The position numbers were made by a program, and so were the translations under genes. The notes beneath the pieces were generated by a model. The model was not told where the DNA came from, did not search any database, and saw only the letters and a program-made list of their open reading frames with translations. A stretch of 64,000 bases of DNA, taken from contig JAYTVW010000161.1 of NCBI GenBank assembly GCA_043743785.1, positions 35,063 through 99,062 of the forward strand. Direction: 5' to 3'. Below are positions 1-9,870 of the stretch, piece by piece. Position 1 is the first letter of the stretch, and each line of letters begins with the position of its first letter. The DNA is from Rhodocyclales bacterium. Its GTDB lineage: Bacteria; Pseudomonadota; Gammaproteobacteria; Burkholderiales; Rhodocyclaceae.

Positions 1-463
1 TCTCGACATCCAGCTTGCGGAAAATATTTTCATTACAACCAAAAGGAAAATAGATGGCATTGAGCAAGCCAATTTCGCGATACTTTACTTCTCCACGCAG
101 ATCCGGGGTGGAGAAATAGTCAAAGCGTTCAGCCCAGTATTTTGAATACTCTACACGCCAAGTATCATCGTGAAAGAAACAGAACGTTCTGGTATGTTTT
201 CTCAGCGATAAAATAATTTCCGCATCAAACTGGTCGGTATATAGTGAAAATATTGCAACATCCGGCTGCCATTCACATGCCTTGGACAAAAGTTTCTGGT
301 TCATGGCAGACTTGCCTACATCGGCGATCTCCGCCATATAGTCGAACAAATCCACCTCATGTCCCATCTCCTGCAGAACGAGGAAAAAATTGAAATACTC
401 ATAGGAGAGCTCCCGTTTCGGATCTCCATAGGAGTGACGCATGCACGCCAACAGTATTTTCAC
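1..463 (-). CDS. glycosyltransferase-like protein, 5' part only (3' end lies beyond the window start)
   Basis: Minus-strand frame open to the window edge. GTG at 463-461 overlaps the TGA of the flippase gene (GTGA coupling). Begins MKILLACMRHSYGDPKRELSYEYFNFFLVLQEMGHEV, like N-termini of CgeB/DUF3880-type glycosyltransferases. AT-rich like neighbouring O-antigen genes. Confidence 0.5.
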   Translation of the reverse strand, partial: MKILLACMRHSYGDPKRELSYEYFNFFLVLQEMGHEVDLFDYMAEIADVGKSAMNQKLLSKACEWQPDVAIFSLYTDQFDAEIILSLRKHTRTFCFFHDDTWRVEYSKYWAERFDYFSTPDLRGEVKYREIGLLNAIYFPFGCNENIFRKLDVE

Positions 464-1893
464 GTACGCCCCCCGTCCGTGAAGTGTTGCCGCAAAAACA
501 GATATTGAAATATCAAGTAGGTACTACCCACCAAAGCCATCACTCCCCCGATGTAATACCATCCCCAAGTTCCAAAAACAGCACGCGTACCGATGGTCAT
601 GCCCCACATCAGAGCTGCCGCAGCGGATGCCAGGGCCACCGGGCGCATCGACGGCCCGCCTCCCACATGTCTTGCGAGCGACCCATGCATGGTTGCGACC
701 ACCGCAAAACCCGCCAACACCAACCCCAGGCCCGCGCCCGCGGCGCCAAGCGTCGGTACAAAGATGATGACCAGGGTGATCGACAATGCGGCGCCGACAA
801 TGCTGGGCACCACGAGCCAGCGTGTCCGCATCAATACGTGAGCAATCAGGGAATAGATGCCCATCAAGACCCGGGCAGCCTCCGCGAGCGCACCCCACAA
901 TACGTATTCGGACGCCGACTGAAACTTTTCCCCAACCAACACATGGGTCAATTCAGGTGCCAGTATGATTACCAAGGCGACTGTCAAAATCAATGAAGGG
1001 ATAACTGCCGCCGCGTAGCGGTGCCAGGCGCGTGCATGGCCATCCGCATCCTGAATACACACATCCCGATATAGTCTGGGCTGAAAATACGTCGTCACCA
1101 CAGACTCGAATGCGGAAATCATTCCGGCACTTATCCCGTATCCAGCTGCAAACAACCCCAACTGGGCCAATCCTAAATGCCCATGAATCACAAAGCGATA
1201 ACCCTGCCCCTGAACCCACCCCAATCCTGCAGAAATGGCGATGGGCCATGCGAAGTTGAACAATACCTGCAAATGCCCGACCTGTATTTTCGGGTTTTTA
1301 TATACCTGCGCCTTGGGCTGGATATTCCGAAACAGGATTTCTGCCCCCACAACACCAATTACCGCCTGTCCAATTATCAGCCCAAGCATCCAGTATTGCG
1401 CTGCAGGCTGAACAATTTTAGCAAGCGCTAACGCGCCGGCAAAACTAGCCGTCATTGTAGCAAGCGACAGTAGAACAAAGGTCAAACTGTTTCCCAGTAA
1501 ATTCAATGAAGGAATCGCAGTCTGGTTTAGCGTATTAAAAAGCAGAGAACCGCACACAATAACAATCAGCCATGTAAGCGACAGCCCAAAGTCAACCGCG
1601 CCAGAGATGCAAATAGCCACAACACCGACGCTCGCAATCATCGAGGTCATCAGCAAATATCCGATGTAGTTCTTCAGATAACAGGCGGCAACACCGCTTT
1701 GCTTCCAGGCATGCAGTCGCCGATTAATGAACATCCCAACTGGATTTATCAGGAACATGGCGAAGAACGACACCGTGGTCATAACCAGGGATATCCGCCC
1801 CATTTCTGCCGGCGACAGCATCGTCGTCGCCACACGCATCATCGCAAACGCTATAAGAAACTGCGCCAATCTGCCCAATATTATTGTTATCAC
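460..1893 (-). CDS. polysaccharide/O-antigen flippase (MOP superfamily, Wzx-like)
   Basis: 477-aa ORF that is hydrophobic throughout (many predicted TM segments). N-terminus IILGRLAQFLIAFAMMRVATTMLSPAEMGRISL is typical of polysaccharide-biosynthesis flippases. Lies in the O-antigen cluster. Confidence 0.8.
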   Translation of the reverse strand: MITIILGRLAQFLIAFAMMRVATTMLSPAEMGRISLVMTTVSFFAMFLINPVGMFINRRLHAWKQSGVAACYLKNYIGYLLMTSMIASVGVVAICISGAVDFGLSLTWLIVIVCGSLLFNTLNQTAIPSLNLLGNSLTFVLLSLATMTASFAGALALAKIVQPAAQYWMLGLIIGQAVIGVVGAEILFRNIQPKAQVYKNPKIQVGHLQVLFNFAWPIAISAGLGWVQGQGYRFVIHGHLGLAQLGLFAAGYGISAGMISAFESVVTTYFQPRLYRDVCIQDADGHARAWHRYAAAVIPSLILTVALVIILAPELTHVLVGEKFQSASEYVLWGALAEAARVLMGIYSLIAHVLMRTRWLVVPSIVGAALSITLVIIFVPTLGAAGAGLGLVLAGFAVVATMHGSLARHVGGGPSMRPVALASAAAALMWGMTIGTRAVFGTWGWYYIGGVMALVGSTYLIFQYLFLRQHFTDGGRT

Positions 1894-2835
1894 CTACTGA
1901 ATACCCGGGTGTCGTTTCAACATCTCAGCCGACTCCTTCAATATTCCTTCCAGAGAAGTCAGAGAGGGTACATATCCAAAACCAGAGGCGTGGGTGTTTC
2001 GTGAGAAATAATTTCTCTTGCTACCCGTCGCGTCAATGGCAACTGGCGTTTCTGCCACTTCATAGTACAATCCGAATTTCTCTTGCATAACGCCGAGGAG
2101 TTCCATCTTTCCGACGGGGGCTCTACTATAAGTATCAACGACGTCATTGCAGACGGGTGCTTTCAGCAAGGCGCAGACCATGCTGTAAAAATCCAGCGGA
2201 TGGATATAATCGCGAACAATATTTTCGTATGAAGTGATTAACAGCGTCCGGTCCCGTATGGCCCGAAGAATATCGGTTATCAGAAATCGTGCCTTGATGT
2301 CTTGCGTGTGACTGATGTAACTGAATACACGGACATCAACAATCGGCAGATGGGACAAGGACCTGTGACGGCATTCAGCGTGAAGTTTTGCAATGCCGTA
2401 CCAGTCCTGCGGGTGCAGATCGTTCAGGGCGATGACCGCCCGGGTATCTCTGTCGGCTGGTTTGTCGAATCCTGAACCATAGGCTGCGCCACTGCTCAGA
2501 AATATATAGCGGCACTGCGGATGCTGTTGCAGGTAGTTCAGGGCCAGTTGATCGTAGGTCAGTGTCACATCAAATATCGATGCCCCCATCGCAACCGCCC
2601 GCGCGGGATCTCCAACACCCACAAAGTTCAGAATGGCATCAAAGTGAGTCGTGTGCCCAAACGCCTCAAAATCGCAAATGGAATGCCGTCCGTCGAGATC
2701 AAGGCCGGCCAGCCATTGCTGCACAGCGGTCGGTCTGCGCGCGAACAGAACCAGTTCGTGCTCCCGTTGCACAGTGAATGACAGGATCAGATCCTTCGCG
2801 ATCTGGCTCGTCGCTCCAAGTATGGCTATGCGCAT
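1894..2835 (-). CDS. NAD-dependent epimerase/dehydratase-family (SDR) protein
   Basis: 313 aa. Rossmann-like N-terminus MRIAILGATSQIAKDL and a YGIAK (YxxxK) motif. Directly downstream of the split transketolase genes. Confidence 0.8.
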   Translation of the reverse strand: MRIAILGATSQIAKDLILSFTVQREHELVLFARRPTAVQQWLAGLDLDGRHSICDFEAFGHTTHFDAILNFVGVGDPARAVAMGASIFDVTLTYDQLALNYLQQHPQCRYIFLSSGAAYGSGFDKPADRDTRAVIALNDLHPQDWYGIAKLHAECRHRSLSHLPIVDVRVFSYISHTQDIKARFLITDILRAIRDRTLLITSYENIVRDYIHPLDFYSMVCALLKAPVCNDVVDTYSRAPVGKMELLGVMQEKFGLYYEVAETPVAIDATGSKRNYFSRNTHASGFGYVPSLTSLEGILKESAEMLKRHPGIQ

Positions 2836-2838
2836 GAC

Positions 2839-3756
2839 TCAGCTTGTGGCGAGAAATTCCGCCGTTCGTTTCTCGATAGAAGCTCTGTCCAGGCCGTGTT
2901 CGCTGAGCAAATAGTCGTATGTTCCGCAATGCTGCGAAAATCTATCTCGGACGCCTAATCTCAAAATTCGTACGGGAGCGCGTTCCGATGCTATTTCGGC
3001 GATGGCAGCGCCCAATCCCCCCAGAACAGAATGTTCTTCGAGAACAATGAGCGCCCGGCTTTGTTTGCATATATCTTCCACCTGGCGGGCATTGATTGGC
3101 TTGATGCAAGGGACACTCCACACGGCCGCGTCGGGATACGCGGCTTTCGCGACATCTACGGCCGTACGTACCATGGATCCGGTGGCGAGAAAGGCGATGT
3201 CTCCTGCCCTGCCCGGCCTGACCTCCAGCAAGCGCCCAGCCTCCGGACTTGGCAAAGCGGCATGAACGTCACCCCGGTCGGATTTCCCCATCCGAAAATA
3301 GACGGCACCTTGTGCCTGGTATGCCATTTCCATGCACGCGGCCACCTCAAAATGGTCTGCAGGAGAATAGATGGATAAATTCGGTATCGCTCTGGTGCAG
3401 GCGATATCTTCCGTGGATTGATGACTGGTACCGAGGTGGCTGTAGACAAATCCGGCACCATCGCCGATGAACACAACCGGGAGCTTGTCGTGTGCGACAT
3501 CCAGTTTTATCTGCTCGATGACTCGTACCGGAATGAATGCACTCAATCCATATACAAAAGGCCGGAAGCCCAGCCTCGCAAGACCCGCAGCCATGCCGAC
3601 CATGTTCTGTTCCGCAATTCCGGCATTTATGTATTGCCGAGGGCACTCCTTGCGGAATTCATCGAATAGCGCATAGCCATGGTCCCCGGTCAGAAGCAGC
3701 ACATTGGGGTCGGCCTGGGCAAGTCGAACCAGAGCACTCGAGAAGGCATCTCTCAT
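2839..3756 (-). CDS. transketolase, C-terminal (pyrimidine-binding) subunit
   Basis: 305 aa. GIAEQNMVGMAAGLA motif and overall resemblance to the C-terminal half of transketolase. Overlaps the upstream N-terminal subunit gene by 4 nt. Confidence 0.85.
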   Translation of the reverse strand: MRDAFSSALVRLAQADPNVLLLTGDHGYALFDEFRKECPRQYINAGIAEQNMVGMAAGLARLGFRPFVYGLSAFIPVRVIEQIKLDVAHDKLPVVFIGDGAGFVYSHLGTSHQSTEDIACTRAIPNLSIYSPADHFEVAACMEMAYQAQGAVYFRMGKSDRGDVHAALPSPEAGRLLEVRPGRAGDIAFLATGSMVRTAVDVAKAAYPDAAVWSVPCIKPINARQVEDICKQSRALIVLEEHSVLGGLGAAIAEIASERAPVRILRLGVRDRFSQHCGTYDYLLSEHGLDRASIEKRTAEFLATS

Positions 3757-4574
3757 TTGGAGTTCCCCCCGATGGCGGACAATGCCTGAGCATAGGTGCC
3801 CACATCCAGCCGCGTGTAATGCCAGATGTTGTTGTTTTCCATGAACGGAACGCCTTTCCCCTTGACGGTCTTGGCAATAAGCGCCCTCGGGGATTTCGAT
3901 TCGCTTTGCCAGAGGCGTCGAATGGCGCTGTCAATCGCGCCTTCGTCGTGGCCATCTATGGTCACGGCTTCAAAACCAAAGCTCTCGAATTTTGACTGGA
4001 TCGATCCGAGCTTCAGCACTTCCTGGGTGCTTCCCATGGCCTGGTATCCATTTTCGTCGACAATCACCATGAAATTTCGGAGCTCATGGTGCGCCGCAAA
4101 AAGAGCGCCCTCCCAGATAGGGCCTTCATTGATCTCACCATCGCCAACCAGAGCATAGGTTTTTTGATCCGTGCCGCGGAGCTTTACACCCATTGCCATG
4201 CCGACACCGACCGAGAAGCCGTGCCCCAGGGACCCCGACGTCACTTCCAGGCCCGGTACGCGCGAATCCGACAGGCCTTTCAGATCGCTGCCGTCGGAGA
4301 AATATCCCGAAAAGGCAGCATCGCTCAGCCATCCCAGTTCACGCATACAGGCATACTGGGCCATGACGCCGTGGCCCTTGCTGAGCACCAAATAGTCCCG
4401 GCCTACCGCAAGCGGATCATTTCCGGGATACCGCAGATGATGGCGATACAAGACGGCCAGAAGCTCTATGATCGAAAACGCACATCCGATGTGCACCGTC
4501 GAACCAGCGTAAGCCATGTCCAGCACGGTCTTACGCAAGGTTTTCGTATCGAAACGGCTGATCAGGAAGCTCAT
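3753..4574 (-). CDS. transketolase, N-terminal (ThDP-binding) subunit
   Basis: 273 aa. GSLGHG and GDGEINEG thiamine-diphosphate binding motifs, as in split transketolases. Confidence 0.85.
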   Translation of the reverse strand: MSFLISRFDTKTLRKTVLDMAYAGSTVHIGCAFSIIELLAVLYRHHLRYPGNDPLAVGRDYLVLSKGHGVMAQYACMRELGWLSDAAFSGYFSDGSDLKGLSDSRVPGLEVTSGSLGHGFSVGVGMAMGVKLRGTDQKTYALVGDGEINEGPIWEGALFAAHHELRNFMVIVDENGYQAMGSTQEVLKLGSIQSKFESFGFEAVTIDGHDEGAIDSAIRRLWQSESKSPRALIAKTVKGKGVPFMENNNIWHYTRLDVGTYAQALSAIGGNSK

Positions 4575-4585
4575 TCTCTGTTCAC

Positions 4586-5902
4586 CTAAAAGTTCACACC
4601 CAAAAATTCCTCGATCTTGCTAACCGAGAATTCCATCATCTCCTCGGTCAGGGCCGGTTGCACGCCGATCCAGAAAGTGTTGTTCATGACGATGTCGGTA
4701 TTGGTCAATTCGCCGCTCACCCGGAACCCCCGGCCGATCATGTACGGCTGACGCGTCAAATTTCCGGCGAACAACAATCGCGTGCCAATCTTGTTCTGGT
4801 CCAGGTACTGCAGCAGATCCACCCGCGTAACCGGTGCGTCATCGCGCAGGGTAATGGGGAAACCGAACCAGGACGGCTCCGAATTTTCCGTGGCTTCCGG
4901 CAGGATGAGGAACTCCTCGCAGGACTTGAGGCGCGCCTTCAGAAATGCAAAGTTGTCCTTGCGCTGTTGGATGAAAGCCGGGGCCTTCTCCAATTGCGCC
5001 AGGCCACAGGCTGCCTGCATGTCACTGATCTTGAGGTTATATCCCAGGTGGCTGTAGGTGTACTTGTGGTCATAACCCTGAGGCAACTCCCCCAGTTTCT
5101 GGCAGAAGCGCTTGCCGCAGGTGTTGTCCTTGCCCGGTGGGCAATAGCAGTCGCGGCCCCAGTCCCGAAAGCTTTCGGCAATCTGCCTGAGTTTGGCGTT
5201 ATTGGTGAACACGGCGCCGCCCTCTCCCATGGTGATGTGGTGGGCCGGGTAGAAACTCAGGGTTCCGATGTCGCCAAAGCTGCCCACCATCCTGCCGCCG
5301 TAGGTGGAGCCGAGAGCATCACAACAATCCTCGATCAACCACAGATTGTGCTTCCGGCACAGGGCGACGATGGTGTCCAGATTGTAAGGATTGCCCAGGG
5401 TGTGGGCCAGCATGATGGCCTTGGTCTTGGGACTGATCGCCGCCTCGAGCTTGCTGGCATCGATGTTATAGGTGCCCAGTTCCACGTCCACGAACACGGG
5501 TACGGCGCCGAACTGCAGGATCGGATTGACCGTGGTGGGGAAACCGGCGGCCACGCCAATGACTTCGTCGCCCGGCTTGATGGCCCGCTCGCCCAGTTTG
5601 TGGGATGTCAGCGCGGAGAAGGCCAGCAGATTGGCGGATGAGCCGGAATTCACCGTCATCAGGTGCTTTACGCCGAGGAACGCCGCCAGGCGTTTTTCAA
5701 ACTCGTCGTTGAAACGCCCGGTGGTCAGCCATCCGTCAAGGGAAGCCTCCACCATGTTCTTGAGTTCGCTGGCGCCAATCACCTTGCCGGAGGGCGGCAC
5801 CACGGAAACACCCGGGGTGAAAGCCTTGGGGGCAAAAGCGAGTGCTGCATATTCATCGACCAGTGCGGCGATCTGCAGGCGGAGTTGTTCAGTTTTTTCC
5901 AT
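4586..5902 (-). CDS. rfbH: CDP-6-deoxy-L-threo-D-glycero-4-hexulose 3-dehydrase (E1, RfbH/DdhC)
   Basis: ATG 5902 ([10 protein letters not shown]) preferred over the upstream in-frame ATG at 5959. DegT fold with [14 protein letters not shown] (His where aminotransferases carry the Schiff-base Lys). Carries the Fe-S motif [11 protein letters not shown]. Confidence 0.9.
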   Translation of the reverse strand: MEKTEQLRLQIAALVDEYAALAFAPKAFTPGVSVVPPSGKVIGASELKNMVEASLDGWLTTGRFNDEFEKRLAAFLGVKHLMTVNSGSSANLLAFSALTSHKLGERAIKPGDEVIGVAAGFPTTVNPILQFGAVPVFVDVELGTYNIDASKLEAAISPKTKAIMLAHTLGNPYNLDTIVALCRKHNLWLIEDCCDALGSTYGGRMVGSFGDIGTLSFYPAHHITMGEGGAVFTNNAKLRQIAESFRDWGRDCYCPPGKDNTCGKRFCQKLGELPQGYDHKYTYSHLGYNLKISDMQAACGLAQLEKAPAFIQQRKDNFAFLKARLKSCEEFLILPEATENSEPSWFGFPITLRDDAPVTRVDLLQYLDQNKIGTRLLFAGNLTRQPYMIGRGFRVSGELTNTDIVMNNTFWIGVQPALTEEMMEFSVSKIEEFLGVNF

Positions 5903-5907
5903 AATAT

Positions 5908-6987
5908 TCAGGCGTTCGTTGTTTCGTACATGGCAATTTGCGCAAGCGTGAAGGCGCACATGTCGGCGTGCTTAAGATACGCCTTGTGCCACGCCACAAT
6001 ACTGGCCAAGGTATCCGGAAGCGCCCATCGAGGGTGCCATCCCAGCTTTGCCCTGGCCTTGGAACAGTCCAACTTCAGATAGTGAGCTTCGTGGGGCTGG
6101 ATGTCTTGATCCAGGCACCAGGTGGCGCCGTCACCCCACCGCTCGGTCAATTGCTCCACTATCCATTGAACAGGCCGCGCATCCTCGTCCGCAGGACCGA
6201 AGTTCCAGGCCTCGGCAAAGGCAGGGCCTTCGGTACAGGCTTTTTCCGCCAGGGCAAGATAGCCACTCAGGGGTTCCAACACATGCTGCCAGGGGCGGAT
6301 GGCGTGGGGGCTGCGAATCCGAACGGCCTCGCCTGCTTCAATGGCCCGCAATATATCCGGAATCAACCGATCCTGGGCCCAGTCGCCGCCACCAATGACA
6401 TTTCCGGCCCGAGCTGTCGCCAGGGTCACACCGTGATCGCCGTGGGTCAGGGGATTGAAAAAAGAACTCCGGTAGGCTGCGCTGACCAGTTCGGCGCAGC
6501 CTTTGCTGTTGCTGTAGGGGTCATAGCCCCCCATGGGTTCGTTTTCACGGTAACCCCAGGGCCATTCCTTGTTTTCATAACACTTGTCGCTGGTGACATT
6601 GACCACCGCGCGTACACTGTCGGTTTGCCGCACGGCTTCCAGCAGGTTGACTGTCCCCATGACGTTGGTGGCGTAAGTTTCCACAGGGGCTTTGTACGAA
6701 TAACGCACCAGCGCCTGGGCTGCCATGTGGATGACGACGTCGGGCCTGGCCTCCTTCATCGCCCGGGCAAGGGTTTCGCCGTCCCGAATGTCACCGATGA
6801 TGGACCGCATGCCGCCCTCTATTTGCGCCTCCTCGAATAGACCAGGCTGGGTCGGCGGATTGAGGGCATAGCCGGTGACTTCAGCCCCCATGCGCTGCAG
6901 CCACAGGGACATCCAGCCCCCCTTGAAGCCGGTGTGCCCGGTCAGGAAAACGCGCTTACCCTTCCAGAATGCCGGGTTCAAGGCCAC
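5908..6987 (-). CDS. rfbG: CDP-glucose 4,6-dehydratase (RfbG/DdhB)
   Basis: [20 protein letters not shown]-terminus. GTG 6987 gives 359 aa. The track start at 7017 is TTG and would overlap rfbF by 40 nt. Confidence 0.9.
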   Translation of the reverse strand: MALNPAFWKGKRVFLTGHTGFKGGWMSLWLQRMGAEVTGYALNPPTQPGLFEEAQIEGGMRSIIGDIRDGETLARAMKEARPDVVIHMAAQALVRYSYKAPVETYATNVMGTVNLLEAVRQTDSVRAVVNVTSDKCYENKEWPWGYRENEPMGGYDPYSNSKGCAELVSAAYRSSFFNPLTHGDHGVTLATARAGNVIGGGDWAQDRLIPDILRAIEAGEAVRIRSPHAIRPWQHVLEPLSGYLALAEKACTEGPAFAEAWNFGPADEDARPVQWIVEQLTERWGDGATWCLDQDIQPHEAHYLKLDCSKARAKLGWHPRWALPDTLASIVAWHKAYLKHADMCAFTLAQIAMYETTNA

Positions 6988-7751
6988 ACCTTCCAGGGCG
7001 CCTCGCCCGATTGCCAAAGCTCCTCGAGATACATCTTGTCCCGCAAGGTATCCATGGGTTGCCAGAAGCCTTCGTGTTGATAGGCCGCCAGTTGCCCCTC
7101 CTCCGCCAACCGCTCCAGAGGCTCACGCTCCCAGATGGTTTGGTCGTCTGTTATGTAGTCGATGACCTGCGGCGACAGAACGAAATAGCCGCCGTTGATC
7201 ATGGCGCCATCGCCCTGGGGCTTCTCGCGAAAGCTGTTGACCCTGCCATCTTTCAGCTCCAGGGCACCGAAGCGCCCGGGCGGAACGGTGGCGGTCAGGG
7301 TTGCCTTGACGTTCTGCGCCCGATGGAATGCGATCAACTCGGTGATATTTACATCAGCCACGCCGTCACCGTACGTAAGGCAGAACGCCGCCTCATCCTT
7401 GACGTAATTGGCCACCCGCTTCAGGCGACCACCGGTCATGGTGCCCTCTCCCGTATCAACCAGGGTAACGCGCCATGGCTCGGCGTGGCGCTGATGCACT
7501 TCCATCCTGTTTTCCTGCATATCGAAAGTGACATCCGACATATGCAGGAAATAATTGGCGAAATACTCCTTGATGACATAACCCTTGTACCCGCAGCACA
7601 CCACGAATTCGTTGATGCCATGGGCTGAGTAGGTCTTCATGATGTGCCACAAAATGGGCTTGCCACCAATGTCCACCATGGGCTTTGGCCGGGCAGACGT
7701 TTCTTCGCTGATGCGCGTCCCCAGACCTCCTGCGAGAATGACGGCTTTCAC
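6978..7751 (-). CDS. rfbF: glucose-1-phosphate cytidylyltransferase (RfbF/DdhA)
   Basis: 257 aa. [18 protein letters not shown] nucleotidyltransferase N-terminus. Position upstream of rfbG-rfbH. Confidence 0.9.
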   Translation of the reverse strand: MKAVILAGGLGTRISEETSARPKPMVDIGGKPILWHIMKTYSAHGINEFVVCCGYKGYVIKEYFANYFLHMSDVTFDMQENRMEVHQRHAEPWRVTLVDTGEGTMTGGRLKRVANYVKDEAAFCLTYGDGVADVNITELIAFHRAQNVKATLTATVPPGRFGALELKDGRVNSFREKPQGDGAMINGGYFVLSPQVIDYITDDQTIWEREPLERLAEEGQLAAYQHEGFWQPMDTLRDKMYLEELWQSGEAPWKVWP

Positions 7752-7762
7752 TGGATTTCTCC

Positions 7763-8929
7763 TTACAGTTCTGCAAGCGCGGCAAAAGCGCCCGGAATTG
7801 GAAAATGATGATTTCCGACAAACAGTCCGTTCTGGTCCACATGTTCGGCATTCTTCAGCGAGCCGTGGACCTCGGAGTCGAAATATTTCACCACTTCATT
7901 TTTGGCGAAGTTGCCCGCCACAATGGGGCGGCATTCAAAGCCCAAGACTTCAAGTCTGGTTACCAGCGCCTTGCGCGTCAGTTGGCTGCCAGGGCGGATC
8001 ACCAGGCTGAATCCAAACCAGCTGCTTTCGCCAATCTCCTGCTGGATGATCACCTCCGGGTGATTGGCCAGGGTCGCCTGCAGCAACTTGCCATTCTTGC
8101 GGCGCTCTTCGATCAAGGAGGGCAAACGCTTGACCTGCTCGATACCCAATGCGCCTTCCATTTCCAGGGGACGGACGTTGTAGCCGGGCAGCACGAAGCG
8201 GAATGACTCCTCGAAGGGATCATCGCTCTTCTCGCCGCACACCCGGTTGTGCTTGGGCAGATTTCTCGTCCAACCGTGGGCACGCAGCGACAACAGTATC
8301 TGGTACAGCTCCTCATCATCGGTGACGATAAGGCCCCCCTCCATGGTGGAAATATGGTGGCTGAAGAAAGTACTGAAGCTGCCCATTACACCGAAGGTGC
8401 CGGCTTGCTTGCCCTCATAGGTCGCGCCCATGGACTCGCAATTGTCTTCGATCAGAACAATATTGCGTCGCCCGATGATTTCCTGGATACGACCGAAATC
8501 ATTTGGATTTCCCAGCAAATTCACGGCCATGATGGCGCGGGTCTTGTCCGTTACCGCGTCTGCCAATGCATCCAGATCGTAGTTCAGGGTGTTCAGATCG
8601 ATGTCGACGAACTTGATCTTCAGCCCGTACTGGTAGAGGGGATAGTAAGTGGTGCTCCAGGAAACCGCCGGCACAATGACCTCGTCCCCACGCTCCAGCT
8701 TCAAGGCGGCATTCTGGGTATAAAACAAGGCCGCCACCATCAACAGGTTGGCTGACGAACCGGAATTCACCATCACGCAATGCCGGCTACCCACGAACCG
8801 GGCAAAGTCGCCTTCGAAGGCGAGCACGTTCGCCCCCATGGTGAACATGCCGGAAGCAATCACCCGCTGCATGGCGGCGATTTCTTCCGGTCCCCAGGAA
8901 GCCGTGGCCAATGGAAATTTGACGCTCAC
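7763..8929 (-). CDS. colD: GDP-4-keto-6-deoxy-D-mannose 3-dehydratase (ColD-like, PLP-dependent)
   Basis: 388 aa, DegT fold. [12 protein letters not shown] has His in place of the Schiff-base Lys. Strings such as [22 protein letters not shown] and [10 protein letters not shown] match my memory of E. coli ColD. Sits next to gmd. Confidence 0.8.
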   Translation of the reverse strand: MSVKFPLATASWGPEEIAAMQRVIASGMFTMGANVLAFEGDFARFVGSRHCVMVNSGSSANLLMVAALFYTQNAALKLERGDEVIVPAVSWSTTYYPLYQYGLKIKFVDIDLNTLNYDLDALADAVTDKTRAIMAVNLLGNPNDFGRIQEIIGRRNIVLIEDNCESMGATYEGKQAGTFGVMGSFSTFFSHHISTMEGGLIVTDDEELYQILLSLRAHGWTRNLPKHNRVCGEKSDDPFEESFRFVLPGYNVRPLEMEGALGIEQVKRLPSLIEERRKNGKLLQATLANHPEVIIQQEIGESSWFGFSLVIRPGSQLTRKALVTRLEVLGFECRPIVAGNFAKNEVVKYFDSEVHGSLKNAEHVDQNGLFVGNHHFPIPGAFAALAEL

Positions 8930-9858
8930 TGCGGAGCTCCCTTCAAGTAAAAGTCATAGGTTTTTTCGATGCCCTCGCGCAGGCTGTGCTGCGCCTTCCA
9001 GCCCCAGGCGTGCAGACGCTCCACACTGACCAATTTGCGTGCCATGCCGACGGGCTTGCCAAGATCGTGTGTGAAGCCCCCTGTGTAGCCCATCACCGTG
9101 GCTGCCGCCTGGTAGTACTCGTTGATGGTGTAATCATGGCCCAGTCCCACATTCAGGTAAGTGGGCAGGGCATCGAACACTTTCACCGCCCGCAGGATGG
9201 CGTCTGCCAGATCCCCTGCGTACATGAACTCCCGACGGGCCGTGCCGTCACCCCATATTTCAACATTCTGTTGCCCACTTTGCCTGGCCTGGTGCACTTT
9301 ATGAATAATCGCCGGTACAAGGTGCGAATGGGCAGGATCAAACTTGTCGTGGCGGCCAAAGATATTGCAGGGAATCAGGGTCTTGTACTGATACGCGGGA
9401 TTCTCCTGCATGATGTATTGGCAAAGCCGCGCGGTCACCACCTTGGCGAGCGCATAGCCTTCGTTGGTCGGCTCCAGTTCGCCCTTGAGCACCATTTCTT
9501 CCCGCAGAGGCTCGGAATGGTTGCGCGGGTACATGCAGGAGCTGCCCAGGTTGATCAGTCGCTTGACACCCGCCTGGCGTGCGGCCCAGACAATATTGCG
9601 GCCCATGTCCAGGTTATCCATGAGGAAACCCACGGGTTCGCGCATATTGGCTTGAATCCCCCCCACTTTGCCGGCGGCGTGGATCACCATATCCGGCCGG
9701 TGTTCGCGCAAATAGGCCGCTACAGCATCGAAATTCCGCAGGTCCAGTTCACTGCTGCGAGGCGCCAGAACATCAAATTCGGCAATGGCGGCATGTTCAA
9801 GCACATTGCGCCCCACCATGCCGCCACCACCCGTCACCAAGAGTCGAATTTTATTCAT
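8926..9858 (-). CDS. colC: GDP-L-colitose synthase / GDP-fucose-synthase-family reductase-epimerase (ColC-like)
   Basis: 310 aa SDR (LLVTGGGGMVGRN, SSCMYP, YALAK) of the Fcl/WcaG family. Its location between gmd and colD argues for ColC function. Confidence 0.7.
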   Translation of the reverse strand: MNKIRLLVTGGGGMVGRNVLEHAAIAEFDVLAPRSSELDLRNFDAVAAYLREHRPDMVIHAAGKVGGIQANMREPVGFLMDNLDMGRNIVWAARQAGVKRLINLGSSCMYPRNHSEPLREEMVLKGELEPTNEGYALAKVVTARLCQYIMQENPAYQYKTLIPCNIFGRHDKFDPAHSHLVPAIIHKVHQARQSGQQNVEIWGDGTARREFMYAGDLADAILRAVKVFDALPTYLNVGLGHDYTINEYYQAAATVMGYTGGFTHDLGKPVGMARKLVSVERLHAWGWKAQHSLREGIEKTYDFYLKGAPQ

Positions 9859-9870
9859 GCCCTGACGGAA

